Shown piece by piece: positions 47,220 through 57,291 of a stretch of DNA of 64,000 bases. Position 1 is the stretch's first letter. Each line of letters begins with the position of its first letter. Under the pieces are notes generated by a model that was given only the letters and a program-made list of their open reading frames with translations, searched no databases and was not told where the DNA came from. Origin of the DNA: Limisphaerales bacterium (GTDB lineage: Bacteria > Verrucomicrobiota > Verrucomicrobiia > Limisphaerales > AAA164-E04); NCBI GenBank assembly GCA_965221075.1, contig OZ244865.1, positions 2,052,043-2,116,042 on the forward strand, in the 5' to 3' direction. The translations under genes were made by a program, and so were the position numbers.

Positions 47220-49001
47220 TCACTCCTGCCCGGCCGGCGGCTCCAGCCCGGTCAGGCTGCGGGCGCCCACGGGCTCCTCGTGGACGTAGTTGATCCAGCC
47301 GTTGAGCATCTCGTCCCAGGTCTGGTTCCCCCACAGGACCTCCTGGGAGGGATCGGGGTTGCTGGGGTTTCCGGGGGAGTTGTCCCAGGCTCCGGTGATG
47401 GTCAGAGTGGCGCCGGCCGGCACCCGCAGCGGCTCCTCGAAGCGGTAGACGCTCTGCCAGTTGAAGTCGTAGTAGGGAACGGAGAGCACGCGGCGGCTGG
47501 TCCCGTCGGGCAGATCGAGCCGGTAGCGGGCGGCGATGCCCCGCAGGTGCATGTGGGGCATCAGGAAGAGGATCCGGGAGTCCCTCTCGAAGACCATGGT
47601 GGACTGCTCGGTGTGCCAGGGCTCGCCGGGCGGCACCTTCAGCCCCCTCTGCCACATGATGTTGGTGCGCACCTCCCTTTCGGGAGGGGCGGGAGCGAAG
47701 CGCAGGCCGACCGAGGACCGGTCGGTGGCGGCGGCGCCGTTGGGGGTGTAGTGCATCTCGAAGACCAGATCCTTGCCGGCGGGGATCCGGCTGGCCACCC
47801 CGGGAGGGAAGATCTTGGGCATGTCCCCGGGAGCCCACCCCACCAGCGCCCGGGTGTCCCCGTCCTCGGCGTAGGCGTCCTCCCCGCGGCCGACCACGTA
47901 GACCAGGATGTGGTGCACCACCTCGCGGTTGCCGGGACGGGCCTCGGCCGCCTGGACCCAGACATCCTCCTCGAATCCGGGATCCACCCGGAAGTAGCGG
48001 TAGTCGACCACCCCGTCGGCGGGAACGGCCTGCTCCTCGGGCAGGCTGAAGATCCGGTCCGGGGCGCCGATCGTCCAGCCCTCCTCGGGCTCGGGCTCGA
48101 AGTCCCGGGGCCGCCCCTCGGGGCATCCCTGGTCGATCCAGGCCAGCAGCCTCTCCTTCTCCCCCTCCCCGAGGGAGCGGTCGTTGCTGAAGGACCCGTA
48201 GTGGGGATCGGCATGCCAGGGCGGCATGCGCTCCTCGGAGACCACCTCCCGGATCGTGCCGGAGAAGCGCTTGAACCTGGCGTAGGAGTCGAGGGCGATC
48301 TGCCCGATGCCGCCCTTGCGGTGGCACTCCAGGCACCGGGACTCCACGATGGAGGCGATCTCGCCGCCCCAGGTCAGCGGCTCCTCCGCGTAGGGGTTTC
48401 CGGAGTAGTCGATCAGGCACCCGGTGGCGGCGGTCCGGGGCACGGGCACCGGGCTGTCCGAGAGCAGCGCCTCCAGCGCCGCCCGGAGCTCCTCCGAGGA
48501 AGGGGCCGCCCGCCGGTGGGTCACCGTGTACCGGTCGTCGATGCGCCCCCGGTAGCGCAGCCGCCAGTCGCGATCCAGGACGAAGGCCTCGGGGGTGCGC
48601 TCCGCTCCCAGCGCCCTGGCCAGCTCCTGCTCGAAGTCCTTGAGCACCGGAAAGCCGATCTCCCGGTCCCAGGCATGGCCCGCCACCCGCAGGAAGGAGT
48701 CCCCGGGATCGGCGTTGACCAGCAGGAAGCGCACCCCCTTCGGACGGTACTCCTCCTCGAGGGATCCGAGGGCGGGGAGGTACAGGTTGGCCAGGGGGCA
48801 CTCGGTGGAGGCGAAGACCAGCACCGTCGCCGCGCCCGCCGGACCGGAGCCCAACGCATGCAGACGCCGCTTGGTGTCGTAGAGGGAATGCTCGCCCAGC
48901 CTCTCCCCCAACTCCGCAGGGGACGCGGCCGGAGGCAGCGGGCCGGCCGGAAGGCACAGCAGGCACAGGAACAGCGGCGGCAGCAGTATCCGTTTGGTCA
49001 T
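47220..49001 (-). CDS. Redoxin (thioredoxin-fold) / cytochrome c / PHM-DBH-like copper monooxygenase-type three-domain secreted protein
   Basis: 593 aa with signal MTKRILLPPLFLCLLCLPAG. AhpC/TSA-redoxin-like N-domain (VLVFASTECPLANLY ... PEAFVLD). Haem site CLECHRKGG plus MPPWHADP. C-terminal half has a His/Met pattern with PHM-like spacing (VVHHILVY, FEMHYTPNG, MPHMHLRG, TWDEMLNG). Confidence 0.7.
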   Translation of the reverse strand: MTKRILLPPLFLCLLCLPAGPLPPAASPAELGERLGEHSLYDTKRRLHALGSGPAGAATVLVFASTECPLANLYLPALGSLEEEYRPKGVRFLLVNADPGDSFLRVAGHAWDREIGFPVLKDFEQELARALGAERTPEAFVLDRDWRLRYRGRIDDRYTVTHRRAAPSSEELRAALEALLSDSPVPVPRTAATGCLIDYSGNPYAEEPLTWGGEIASIVESRCLECHRKGGIGQIALDSYARFKRFSGTIREVVSEERMPPWHADPHYGSFSNDRSLGEGEKERLLAWIDQGCPEGRPRDFEPEPEEGWTIGAPDRIFSLPEEQAVPADGVVDYRYFRVDPGFEEDVWVQAAEARPGNREVVHHILVYVVGRGEDAYAEDGDTRALVGWAPGDMPKIFPPGVASRIPAGKDLVFEMHYTPNGAAATDRSSVGLRFAPAPPEREVRTNIMWQRGLKVPPGEPWHTEQSTMVFERDSRILFLMPHMHLRGIAARYRLDLPDGTSRRVLSVPYYDFNWQSVYRFEEPLRVPAGATLTITGAWDNSPGNPSNPDPSQEVLWGNQTWDEMLNGWINYVHEEPVGARSLTGLEPPAGQE

Positions 49002-49182
49002 CGTGGCTTCGATCGCGGCCTACAGGCGGGCGATCATAGGGGAGGAGGAAGCCGGTTGCAAACTCCGGGGAGGGGAAGCCGAACCGGTCCTTGCGCGCCG
49101 CCCCGGGGAGGGGCAGAATGCCTCCGGCCTGGTTCGGGAAGCCCCGCCGCTCTCTCCGCCCCGATCCGCCGGACACCCCTGC

Positions 49183-50469
49183 ATGAGAATCCTGGTCATC
49201 GGATCGGGAGGCCGGGAGCACGCCCTGGTCTGGAAGCTGGCGCAGTCCTCCCGCGTCTCGAGGATCTTCTGCGCGCCGGGCAACGCCGGGACCGCCGGCG
49301 AGGAGGCCCGGGGCGGACCGGTGGAGAACCGCCCGGTCGGCGCCGAGGACGTCGACGGGCTCCTGGAGCTGGCCGGCCGGCTCGGGGCCGACCTCACGGT
49401 GGTGGGCCCCGACAACCCCCTGGCGCTGGGCGTGGTGGACCGGTTCCGGTCCGAGGGCCTGGCCATCTGGGGCCCCACCCGGGAGGCGGCGCGCTTCGAG
49501 TCCTCCAAGATCTTCTCCCACCGGTTCATGCAGCGCCACGGCATCCCCGCGCCCCGCGGAGAGGCCTTCGAGGATCCGGAGCCGGCCCGGTCCTACGCCC
49601 GGGAGCTGGGGGGGGCCTGCGCGGTCAAGGCCGACGGGCTGGCCCTGGGCAAGGGGGCGCTGCTGTGCGGAAGCCTCCCCGAGGCGGAGGCGGCCATCGA
49701 CTCGATGCTGGTGCGGAAGGACTTCGGGCGGGCCGGGGAGCGGATCCTGGTGCAGGAGCGCCTGGAGGGGGAGGAGACCTCGGTCCACGCGCTCTGCGAC
49801 GGGCGCCGCTACCACCTCTTCCCCCCCTGCCGCGACCACAAGAGCGCCCGGGAGGGCGGCCGGGGACCCAACACCGGAGGCATGGGGGTGGTCGCCCCCT
49901 CCCCCGGGCTGGACCCCGGAAGGATGGAGCGGGTGAGGAGGGAGATCCTCGATCCCTGGCGTGAGGGATGCCGGGCCGAGGGGATCGGCTACCAGGGCGT
50001 GCTCTTCCCGGGGCTGATCTGGAGCGGCGGACGCCCCAGGGTCCTGGAGTTCAACGCCCGCCTGGGCGATCCCGAGGCCCAGGCCTACGCGATGCTGCTG
50101 GAGGGGGATCTGCTCGATCTGCTCGAGGCCTCGCTGGATGGGAGGCTGGACCGGACCGCCCCGCGCTGGTCCGGAGACTCCTGCGCCTGCGTGGTGATCG
50201 CCTCCGGGGGCTATCCCGGAAGCTACCGGAAGGGCCTGGAGGTGGAGGGACTGGAGAGGGCCGGAGCCGTCCCCGGGGTGAAGGTCTTCCACGCCGGCAC
50301 CCAGCTCAGGGAGGGGAGGACGGTCACCTCGGGCGGACGCGTCCTGGGGGTCGCGGCCCGCAGGCCCTCCCTGGAGGAGGCCCTCGGCGCCGCCTACCAG
50401 GCGGTCCGTCAGATTCGATTCGAAGGAGCATTCCACCGCACCGACATCGGTGCACCGGCCGACACATGA
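49183..50469 (+). CDS. purD: Phosphoribosylamine--glycine ligase
   Basis: ORF 48994..50469 trimmed to ATG 49183. MRILVIGSGGREHALVWKLAQS. ATP-grasp region (VKADGLALGKG, DHKSAREGGRGPNTGGMG, FNARLGDPE). Confidence 0.92.
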   Translation: MRILVIGSGGREHALVWKLAQSSRVSRIFCAPGNAGTAGEEARGGPVENRPVGAEDVDGLLELAGRLGADLTVVGPDNPLALGVVDRFRSEGLAIWGPTREAARFESSKIFSHRFMQRHGIPAPRGEAFEDPEPARSYARELGGACAVKADGLALGKGALLCGSLPEAEAAIDSMLVRKDFGRAGERILVQERLEGEETSVHALCDGRRYHLFPPCRDHKSAREGGRGPNTGGMGVVAPSPGLDPGRMERVRREILDPWREGCRAEGIGYQGVLFPGLIWSGGRPRVLEFNARLGDPEAQAYAMLLEGDLLDLLEASLDGRLDRTAPRWSGDSCACVVIASGGYPGSYRKGLEVEGLERAGAVPGVKVFHAGTQLREGRTVTSGGRVLGVAARRPSLEEALGAAYQAVRQIRFEGAFHRTDIGAPADT

Positions 50470-51353
50470 ACCGATCGTTCCCCTTGCTGCTCATCGCCGG
50501 ACTGTGCCTGCCCTCGCTGGCCGAGACCGACGCTCCTCCCCGCCTGGGCGAGGTGATGGAGATCCTGGAGCGGGAGGCCCCCGGGATCGGGCGCGAGGAG
50601 ATCGAGGAGGCCGCCCTCCAGGGCCTCCTCGGCTCCTTCGGCGCCCGGCTGAGGCTCGTCTCCCCCGCCGAGCCCCCTCCCCCTGCCGAGCCCCTCGCGC
50701 GCTGCTACCAGCCCTCGATCGGCTACATCTCCGTCCCGCTGATCGACGCCTCCAGCTCGCGCCTGATCGGCGAGGCCTACCGCCGGCTCGACGATCGGCA
50801 TGCGCTGCGGGGACTGGTGCTGGACCTGCGGCGGGCCTCGGGCGAGGACTACGGGGAGGTGCTCCGCATCGCCGGTCTGTTCGTCTCCGAGGAAATCCCC
50901 CTGATGGACTGGGGGGAGGGCATGAGGCCGGCCGTGCCGGGCGAGCGCCCCATCGGCGTGCCCCTGGCGGCGCTCGTCGACGGCGGCACCCGGGAGGCGG
51001 GCGAGGCGCTCGCCGCCATCGTCCGCTCGGCCCGCATCGGGATCCTGGTGGGCGAGGACACCGCCGGGGAGGCGGTCAGCTGGAAGAGGTTCCCCCTCGA
51101 GACGGGCCATGTCCTCGAAGTGGCCGGCGGATCGATCAGGCTGGCGGAGGGAACGGAGCTCCAGGCAGGCAGGGGGGTGGCTCCCGACATCCGGGCCGTG
51201 GCCGGGACCGGAGAGGGAAGCTCCGGAGAAGCGCGGGCGCCGCAGGAGGAGGCCGGGGAGCCCCTTCCGCCCCCCCAGGACGATCCGCTCCTGGCCCGGG
51301 CCCTGGAGCTGCTAAAGGGGATCGGCATCGTCGAGGATCGGAACCGGTCCTGA
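50466..51353 (+). CDS. S41 (C-terminal processing peptidase)-like secreted protein lacking the Ser/Lys dyad
   Basis: ORF 49968..51353 trimmed to ATG 50466, which overlaps the purD stop (ATGA). Signal MNRSFPLLLIAGLCLPSLA. S41-core layout (IGYISVPLID ... GLVLDLRRASGEDY ... ALVDGGTREAGEALAAIV ... ILVGEDTAGEA), with Glu at both the expected Ser and Lys positions. Confidence 0.55.
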   Translation: MNRSFPLLLIAGLCLPSLAETDAPPRLGEVMEILEREAPGIGREEIEEAALQGLLGSFGARLRLVSPAEPPPPAEPLARCYQPSIGYISVPLIDASSSRLIGEAYRRLDDRHALRGLVLDLRRASGEDYGEVLRIAGLFVSEEIPLMDWGEGMRPAVPGERPIGVPLAALVDGGTREAGEALAAIVRSARIGILVGEDTAGEAVSWKRFPLETGHVLEVAGGSIRLAEGTELQAGRGVAPDIRAVAGTGEGSSGEARAPQEEAGEPLPPPQDDPLLARALELLKGIGIVEDRNRS

Positions 51354-51365
51354 TCCCTTCCGGAG

Positions 51366-53498
51366 ATGAACATCCTCTTCGTCTGCACCGGCAACGTGTG
51401 CCGCAGCCCGATGGCCGAGGGGCTCTTCCGCCACGCGGCGCAGGGCCGGAAGGGCCTCACGGCCGGTTCGGCGGGCCTGAGCGCCGCCGACGGACAGCCT
51501 GCCAGCGAGAATGCGGCCGTGGCGCTCGGACGGGTGGGCATCGATATCGCATCGCACCGCAGCCGCAGGCTCACCCGGGAGATGGTGGACGGCGCCGACG
51601 CCCTCTACGTGATGACCCGCGATCATCTGGAGTCCATCGCCAGGATCTTTCCCGGGGCCATGGGAAAGACCCGCCTGATCCGGGACGCCCTGGAGGAGAC
51701 AGGCAAGGGGGAGAGCGAGGTTTCCGATCCCATCGGCAGCCCACTGGAAGTCTACGAGCAGTGCCGGGACGAGATCCTCGAGGGCGTCGGAGCGATACTT
51801 CGGGGCCTTGACGAGGAGGAGGCGAAGGAGCGGCGGCTGTGCGTCGCCAGCGATCACGCCGGCTACGAGCTCAAGGGCCTGCTGCTGGAGCATCTCCGCG
51901 AGAAGGGCGTTCCGGCCGAGGATCTGGGGACCGACTCCTGCGGCTCGGTGGACTATCCGGCCTACGCCGCGAAGGTGGCGGAGCGGATCCAGGACCGCGC
52001 CTGCCGCGCCGGGGTGCTGATCTGCTCCACCGGGATCGGCATGAGCATGGCCGCCAACCGGAGGCGCGGGATCCGCGCCGCCCTGGTCCAGGATCCCGAC
52101 GCCGCCAGGATGTCGCGCTCCCACAACGACGCCAACGTGCTCTGCCTGCCCTCCCGCTCGTTGGACGGGAAGCGGGCCGCGGCGATCCTCGACGCCTTCC
52201 TCGAGACCGGATTCGAAGGGGGCCGGCACGCCCGCAGGCTCGGCGCCCTCTGCCCCGGGGAGAACGCGGGGCTGGCCGCCCAGGATCCCGAGATGGCAGG
52301 GATCCTCCGGGGAGAGAGGGAGCGCCAGATGGCCCACCTGGAGCTGATCGCCAGCGAGAACTTCGTCAGTCCCGCGGTGCTCGAGGCCCAGGGCTCGGTG
52401 CTCACCAACAAGTACGCCGAGGGCTATCCCGGACGGCGCTGGTACGGGGGCTGCCAGGAGGTGGACCGGGCCGAGGAGACCGCCCGGCGCAGGGTCCTCG
52501 AGATCTTCGGGGGCGAGCACGCCAACGTGCAGCCCCACTCGGGCAGCGCCGCCAACATGGCGGTCTACTTCTCCGCCCTGGAGCCCGGCGACACCATCCT
52601 GGCCATGGACCTGAGCCACGGGGGGCACCTCACCCACGGGCACAAGGCCAACTTCTCGGGACGCTTCTTCAACGTGGTCCACTACGGAGTGGACCGGAAG
52701 AGCGAGCTTCTGGACTACGGGCAGGTCGCCCGGCTGGCCGCGGAGCATCGTCCGAGGATGATCACCGTCGGGGCCAGCGCCTATCCCCGGACCCTGGACT
52801 TCGCCCGGCTGGGGGAGATCGCCAGGGAGTCGGGAGCCCTGCTCATGGCCGACATCGCCCACATCGCCGGGCTGGTGGCCGCCGGCCTGCACCCCAGCCC
52901 CCTGCCCCACGCCGACTTCGTGACCTCCACCACTCACAAGACCCTGCGGGGCCCCCGGGGCGGCTTCGTGATCTGCCGCAGGGAGCACGCCAGGAAGCTC
53001 GACGCCCAGGTGTTCCCCGGGATCCAGGGAGGCCCCCTGATGCACGTGATCGCGGCCAAGGCGGTCTGCTTCGGCGAGGCGCTCCGGCCCGGTTTCCGGG
53101 ACTACCAGAAGCGGACCGTCGGCAACGCCAGGCGGCTGGCCGGGCAGCTGGACCGCCACGGCTACCGGCTGGTCGGCAAGGGCACGGACACCCACCTGAT
53201 CCTGGTGGATCTGGGAGACGGCAGCCTGACCGGCAAGCAGGGCGAGGAGGCCCTGGGCCAGGCCGGGATCACCGTCAACAAGAACGCGGTCCCCTTCGAC
53301 ACCCGGCCTCCGTTCCAGTCCAGCGGCATCCGGCTGGGAACCCCGGCGCTGACCACCCGGGGCATGGGGGAGCAGGAGATGGAGCAGATCGGCAGCTGGA
53401 TCGCCTCGGTCCTGGAGGACGCCGGAGACGCGGACAACATACGGAGGATAGCCGGGATGGTCCGCGAATTGTCGGCGAAGTTTCCCTTGCCTTACTGA
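51366..53498 (+). CDS. glyA: Triple-domain fusion: low-molecular-weight protein phosphatase + ribose-5-phosphate isomerase B + serine hydroxymethyltransferase
   Basis: Single uninterrupted 710-aa ORF. Residues 1-148: LMW-PTP (P-loop [14 protein letters not shown], Asp loop VSDPIG). Residues ~156-293: RpiB ([42 protein letters not shown]). Residues ~305-710: SHMT ([35 protein letters not shown]-lysine [14 protein letters not shown]). Confidence 0.9.
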   Translation: MNILFVCTGNVCRSPMAEGLFRHAAQGRKGLTAGSAGLSAADGQPASENAAVALGRVGIDIASHRSRRLTREMVDGADALYVMTRDHLESIARIFPGAMGKTRLIRDALEETGKGESEVSDPIGSPLEVYEQCRDEILEGVGAILRGLDEEEAKERRLCVASDHAGYELKGLLLEHLREKGVPAEDLGTDSCGSVDYPAYAAKVAERIQDRACRAGVLICSTGIGMSMAANRRRGIRAALVQDPDAARMSRSHNDANVLCLPSRSLDGKRAAAILDAFLETGFEGGRHARRLGALCPGENAGLAAQDPEMAGILRGERERQMAHLELIASENFVSPAVLEAQGSVLTNKYAEGYPGRRWYGGCQEVDRAEETARRRVLEIFGGEHANVQPHSGSAANMAVYFSALEPGDTILAMDLSHGGHLTHGHKANFSGRFFNVVHYGVDRKSELLDYGQVARLAAEHRPRMITVGASAYPRTLDFARLGEIARESGALLMADIAHIAGLVAAGLHPSPLPHADFVTSTTHKTLRGPRGGFVICRREHARKLDAQVFPGIQGGPLMHVIAAKAVCFGEALRPGFRDYQKRTVGNARRLAGQLDRHGYRLVGKGTDTHLILVDLGDGSLTGKQGEEALGQAGITVNKNAVPFDTRPPFQSSGIRLGTPALTTRGMGEQEMEQIGSWIASVLEDAGDADNIRRIAGMVRELSAKFPLPY

Positions 53499-53653
53499 CC
53501 GTCCCTGGTAGTCTTCCCCCCGCCATCCTGTAGTCCGCCCCGCAGGGAAGGCCGCTTCCATCGTTCCCGGCTCTCCCTGCAGGATCGGATCCCAGGCCCC
53601 CGCTCCACGGCCGGAATCCCTTCGCCCGATCCCCGCCCGAGCGTCCAGACCCG

Positions 53654-55141
53654 ATGCCCACCGCCAAGGAATCCAGAGATCAGCAAAGGCCCAAGGGGTC
53701 CGTGCGCACGCGGCGCATGCCCGCGGCGCCCCCCTCCGGCCGCCGGGAGGAGCCCGCCTCCGCCTCCCCCGTCCAGGAGGGGCTGGAGGCGGATCCCGTG
53801 GTGAGCGCCCCCGCCGGGGAGTCAGCGCCCGACGGGAGCCGCAACGGGGAGAAAGCCAGAGCGAGGGCCGAGAGGGACCCCGCCCCGCTCAACATCAGCC
53901 TGCTGCAGGCGATGTCGATGCCCGATCTGAGCAGCCGCGCCAAGGAGCTGGAGATCGAGAACTTCGGCACCATGAAGAAGCACGAGCTGATCTTCCAGAT
54001 CCTGCAGAAGAACGCCGAGCGCAAGGGCGGCATCTTCGCCGAGGGAGTCCTGGAGATCCTCGACGAAGGCTACGGATTCCTCCGCTCCCGCAGCTTCAAC
54101 TACCTCGCCTGCCCCGAGGACATCTACGTCTCGCCCTCCCAGATCCGGCGCTTCGACCTGCAGACCGGGGACATCGTGGCCGGCCAGATCCGCCCCCCCA
54201 AGGAGAAGGAGAGGTTCTTCGCCCTCCTGCGGGTGGAGGCGGTGGACAAGGAGGATCCCGAGAAGGCGAAGGACAAGATCCACTTCGAGAACCTGACCCC
54301 CCTCTTTCCCGAGCAGCGGCTGATCCTGGAGAACGACTCCGAGGAGTACTCCACCCGGGCGCTGGATCTGATCTGCCCCATCGGCAAGGGCACCCGGGGC
54401 CTGATCGTGGCGCCCCCGCGGACCGGCAAGACGGTCCTGATGCAGAACGTGGCCAACGCCGTGCTCCGCAACAATCCCGAGGTCTACCTGTTCATCCTGC
54501 TCATCGACGAGCGCCCCGAGGAGGTGACCGACATGGAGCGCACCTGCCTCAAGGCGGAGGTGATCAGCTCCACCTTCGACGAGCCCCCGGAGCGCCACGT
54601 CCAGGTCGCCGAGATGGTGATCGAGAAGGCCAAGAGGATGGTGGAGCACAAGAAGGACGTGGTGATCCTGCTCGACTCCGTCACCCGCCTGGCACGGGCC
54701 TACAACACGGTCCAGCCCCATTCGGGGAAGATCCTCTCCGGAGGCGTGGACGCCAACGCCCTGCACAAGCCCAAGCGCTTCTTCGGGGCGGCCCGCAACA
54801 TCGAGGAGGGGGGATCGCTCACCATCATCGCCACCGCCCTGGTCGACACCGGCTCGAGGATGGACGAGGTGATCTTCGAGGAATTCAAGGGAACCGGCAA
54901 CATGGAGGTGCACCTGGACCGGCATCTGGTCGATAGGCGCATCTTCCCCTCGATCAACGTCGAGCTGAGCGGAACCCGCAAGGAGGAGCTGCTCTACCAT
55001 CCCGACGAGTACGGCAAGGTGGTTATCCTCCGAAGGGCCCTCACCGGGGTGCCCCCGGTCGAGGCCATGGACCTGATGCTCAGCAAGCTGAAGAAGACCG
55101 GCACCAACATCGAGTTCCTGCTCTCGGTGGGCGCGGCCTGA
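53654..55141 (+). CDS. rho: Transcription termination factor Rho (with about 75-aa low-complexity N-terminal extension)
   Basis: 495 aa. Rho N-domain [40 protein letters not shown]-binding OB. Walker [17 protein letters not shown] loops and [10 protein letters not shown]. Confidence 0.93.
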   Translation: MPTAKESRDQQRPKGSVRTRRMPAAPPSGRREEPASASPVQEGLEADPVVSAPAGESAPDGSRNGEKARARAERDPAPLNISLLQAMSMPDLSSRAKELEIENFGTMKKHELIFQILQKNAERKGGIFAEGVLEILDEGYGFLRSRSFNYLACPEDIYVSPSQIRRFDLQTGDIVAGQIRPPKEKERFFALLRVEAVDKEDPEKAKDKIHFENLTPLFPEQRLILENDSEEYSTRALDLICPIGKGTRGLIVAPPRTGKTVLMQNVANAVLRNNPEVYLFILLIDERPEEVTDMERTCLKAEVISSTFDEPPERHVQVAEMVIEKAKRMVEHKKDVVILLDSVTRLARAYNTVQPHSGKILSGGVDANALHKPKRFFGAARNIEEGGSLTIIATALVDTGSRMDEVIFEEFKGTGNMEVHLDRHLVDRRIFPSINVELSGTRKEELLYHPDEYGKVVILRRALTGVPPVEAMDLMLSKLKKTGTNIEFLLSVGAA

Positions 55142-55155
55142 GCGCCGAACACCCG

Positions 55156-56130
55156 ATGCGCCGCCGACACGATTCCATCCCGATGCGACCGATCCTCCCT
55201 ACCCTCCTCCTGCTGGCGCTGGCTACCGGCTGCGGCGAAGGCGTCACCGTGGTCGAGGTGCCGAGGGCCTACGTCCTTCCCGACCGCTGGAGCCTCGACC
55301 CGGGACAGGACCAAGCGACGCTCAGCTTCCGCATCGAGGGGGAGGCGGGCGGGCAGGGCGAGGTGTCGATCCTGGCCATGCCCAGCCTGGCGCTCGGCGA
55401 CGCCGAGTTCGTCAACCTCTGGCGCAGCCGGATGCAGCTCCCGGAGGTCGGCCCCGAGGAAGCAGGCTCCATGGCCTCGGAGATCCCGATCGGCTCCGGG
55501 AAGGGACGGCTCTACCAGCTGCTGCGGTCCGGCCTCGATCCCGACATCGGAACGAACGTGCTGGCGGCCCGCCTGCAGGACTCCCGCAACACGTGGTTCT
55601 TCAAATTCTCGGGACCCCCGCCGCTGATCGAGAGGGAGAGGCCGGCCTTCCTGGGCTTCCTGGAGTCCCTGAGGCTGGATCTCCTGGACAAGCTTCTCCG
55701 GGAGCGCCGAATGGCGCAGCGGCAGCCCGATCCCCCGCCCCTTCCCCAGTGGCAGGCCCCCTCCCACTGGAGGAGCGTCTCCCCGCAGTCCTCCATGGTC
55801 CAGGCCGTCTGGCGGATCGACGGGCAGGACGGCGGCGGAGCCGATCTCACGGCCAGCCGGCTCTCGGGAGACGGCGGCGGACTGCTGGCCAACATCAACC
55901 GGTGGAGAGGGCAGATCGGCCTGGAGCCGGTCGAGGACCCCGGCTCGGTGTCCTCGCCGCTGGAATCCGGGGGGATCCTGGTGGACCTGGAGGGGGAGCA
56001 GTCGCGCATCCTGGCCGCGGTGGTCCGGGACGGGGACGCCACCTGGTTCTACAAGCTGATGGGCGATCCCGGACTGGTCGGGGAGGAGAAGGAGGCCTTC
56101 AGGCTGTTCGTCGAGTCCGCAGCCCGCTGA
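55156..56130 (+). CDS. Lipoprotein with internal duplication, unknown function (upstream of ccs genes)
   Basis: 324 aa. Lipobox LLLLALATGCGEG. Two homologous halves, each ending in NxWR(S/G)(R/Q) ... TWF(F/Y)K(F/L)xG(P/D)P ... AF(L/R)xF(L/V)ES. Confidence 0.55.
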   Translation: MRRRHDSIPMRPILPTLLLLALATGCGEGVTVVEVPRAYVLPDRWSLDPGQDQATLSFRIEGEAGGQGEVSILAMPSLALGDAEFVNLWRSRMQLPEVGPEEAGSMASEIPIGSGKGRLYQLLRSGLDPDIGTNVLAARLQDSRNTWFFKFSGPPPLIERERPAFLGFLESLRLDLLDKLLRERRMAQRQPDPPPLPQWQAPSHWRSVSPQSSMVQAVWRIDGQDGGGADLTASRLSGDGGGLLANINRWRGQIGLEPVEDPGSVSSPLESGGILVDLEGEQSRILAAVVRDGDATWFYKLMGDPGLVGEEKEAFRLFVESAAR

Positions 56131-56133
56131 GAC

Positions 56134-57291
56134 ATGATGCTGCGCGTCCTCACCTCGCTGCGACTGACCGTGGCCTGCCTGGCCTTCTCCATGGTGCTGG
56201 TGTTCATCGGCACCATCCGCCAGGTGGACGAAGGGCTCTACATCGCCCAGGACCGGTACTTCAAGAGCTTCCTGGTGTGGTGGAGCCCCAGCCCCGGCCT
56301 TTCGATCCCGGTCTTTCCCGGAGGCTACACCGTGGGCCTGGTGCTGCTGGCCAACCTTCTGGCGGCCCACGCCAAGAGGTTCAAGCCGAGCCGCCGGAAG
56401 ATCGGCATCTTCCTGATCCACTCGGGGCTGATCCTGCTGCTCCTGGGGCAGCTGTCCACCGACCTTCTCTCCAGGGAGAGCGCCTGGCGCTTCGAGGAAG
56501 GCGAGGTCAAGAACTACTCGGTGGACTTCCGCAAGAACGAGCTGGCGCTGGTCGAGAGCCTCGGCGACAGGGACCGGATCCACTCGGTGCCCGAATCGAT
56601 GCTGAGGAAGGGGGCCCTGATCAAGGATCCGGCCCTTCCCTACGGGATCCGGGTCCTGGACTACTGGCCCAACGCCCGCCTCTACGAAAGGCCCGTGGAG
56701 GGCTCCCTGGACACCCGGGCCGACTCCGGCCCGGCCAGCCGGTACCAGGTGGAACCCCTGCCTCCGGTCACCGAGATGGACCTGCGGGACAACCCCTGCG
56801 CGGTGGTCGAGCTGATCCACGGGGACCACCCGGCGGGAGCCTGGCTGGTGTCCACCCTGCTCAAGCCCCAGACCGTCGAGCACGGGGACGCGAGCCTCGA
56901 GCTCTCCCTGCGCTACCGCCGCTACTACGAGCCCTTCACCCTCACCCTGCTCAAGGCCACCCACGAGAAGTACCGGGGGACCGAGCGGCCCAAGAACTTC
57001 TCCAGCGAGGTGCTCATCCGCAATCCCGAGAGCGGCGAGAACCGGAAGGTGCTGATCTACATGAACCACCCTCTGCGCTACCAGGGGCTGACCTTCTACC
57101 AGCACCAGATGGCGGCCGACGAGGCGATGCTGCAGCAGGGGATGGTCCCCACCTCGACCCTCCAGGTGGTCCGCAACCCCGCATGGCTGACACCCTACCT
57201 GGCCTGCCTGCTGGTGGGAGCTGGACTCCTGATCCAGTTCTCCTACCACCTGTTCGGCTTCCTCAGGAAGCACAAGCCCGGAAAGCGATGA
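56134..57291 (+). CDS. Cytochrome c biogenesis protein ResB/Ccs1 (system II)
   Basis: 385 aa. N-terminal LTSLRLTVACLAFSMVLVFIGT. Periplasmic domain. C-terminal motif PKNFSSEVLI ... IYMNHPLRYQGLTFYQ typical of ResB. The stop overlaps the next start. Confidence 0.8.
   Translation: MMLRVLTSLRLTVACLAFSMVLVFIGTIRQVDEGLYIAQDRYFKSFLVWWSPSPGLSIPVFPGGYTVGLVLLANLLAAHAKRFKPSRRKIGIFLIHSGLILLLLGQLSTDLLSRESAWRFEEGEVKNYSVDFRKNELALVESLGDRDRIHSVPESMLRKGALIKDPALPYGIRVLDYWPNARLYERPVEGSLDTRADSGPASRYQVEPLPPVTEMDLRDNPCAVVELIHGDHPAGAWLVSTLLKPQTVEHGDASLELSLRYRRYYEPFTLTLLKATHEKYRGTERPKNFSSEVLIRNPESGENRKVLIYMNHPLRYQGLTFYQHQMAADEAMLQQGMVPTSTLQVVRNPAWLTPYLACLLVGAGLLIQFSYHLFGFLRKHKPGKR

Noticed and set aside
46815-50436. 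Two ORFs of more than 1000 aa (46815..49964 plus strand, 47074..50436 minus strand) across the redoxin and purD loci
   Set aside because: Both cross gene boundaries and strands of genes with clear signatures (CxxCH/PHM-like, PurD ATP-grasp). The sequences are Arg/Gly/Pro runs.
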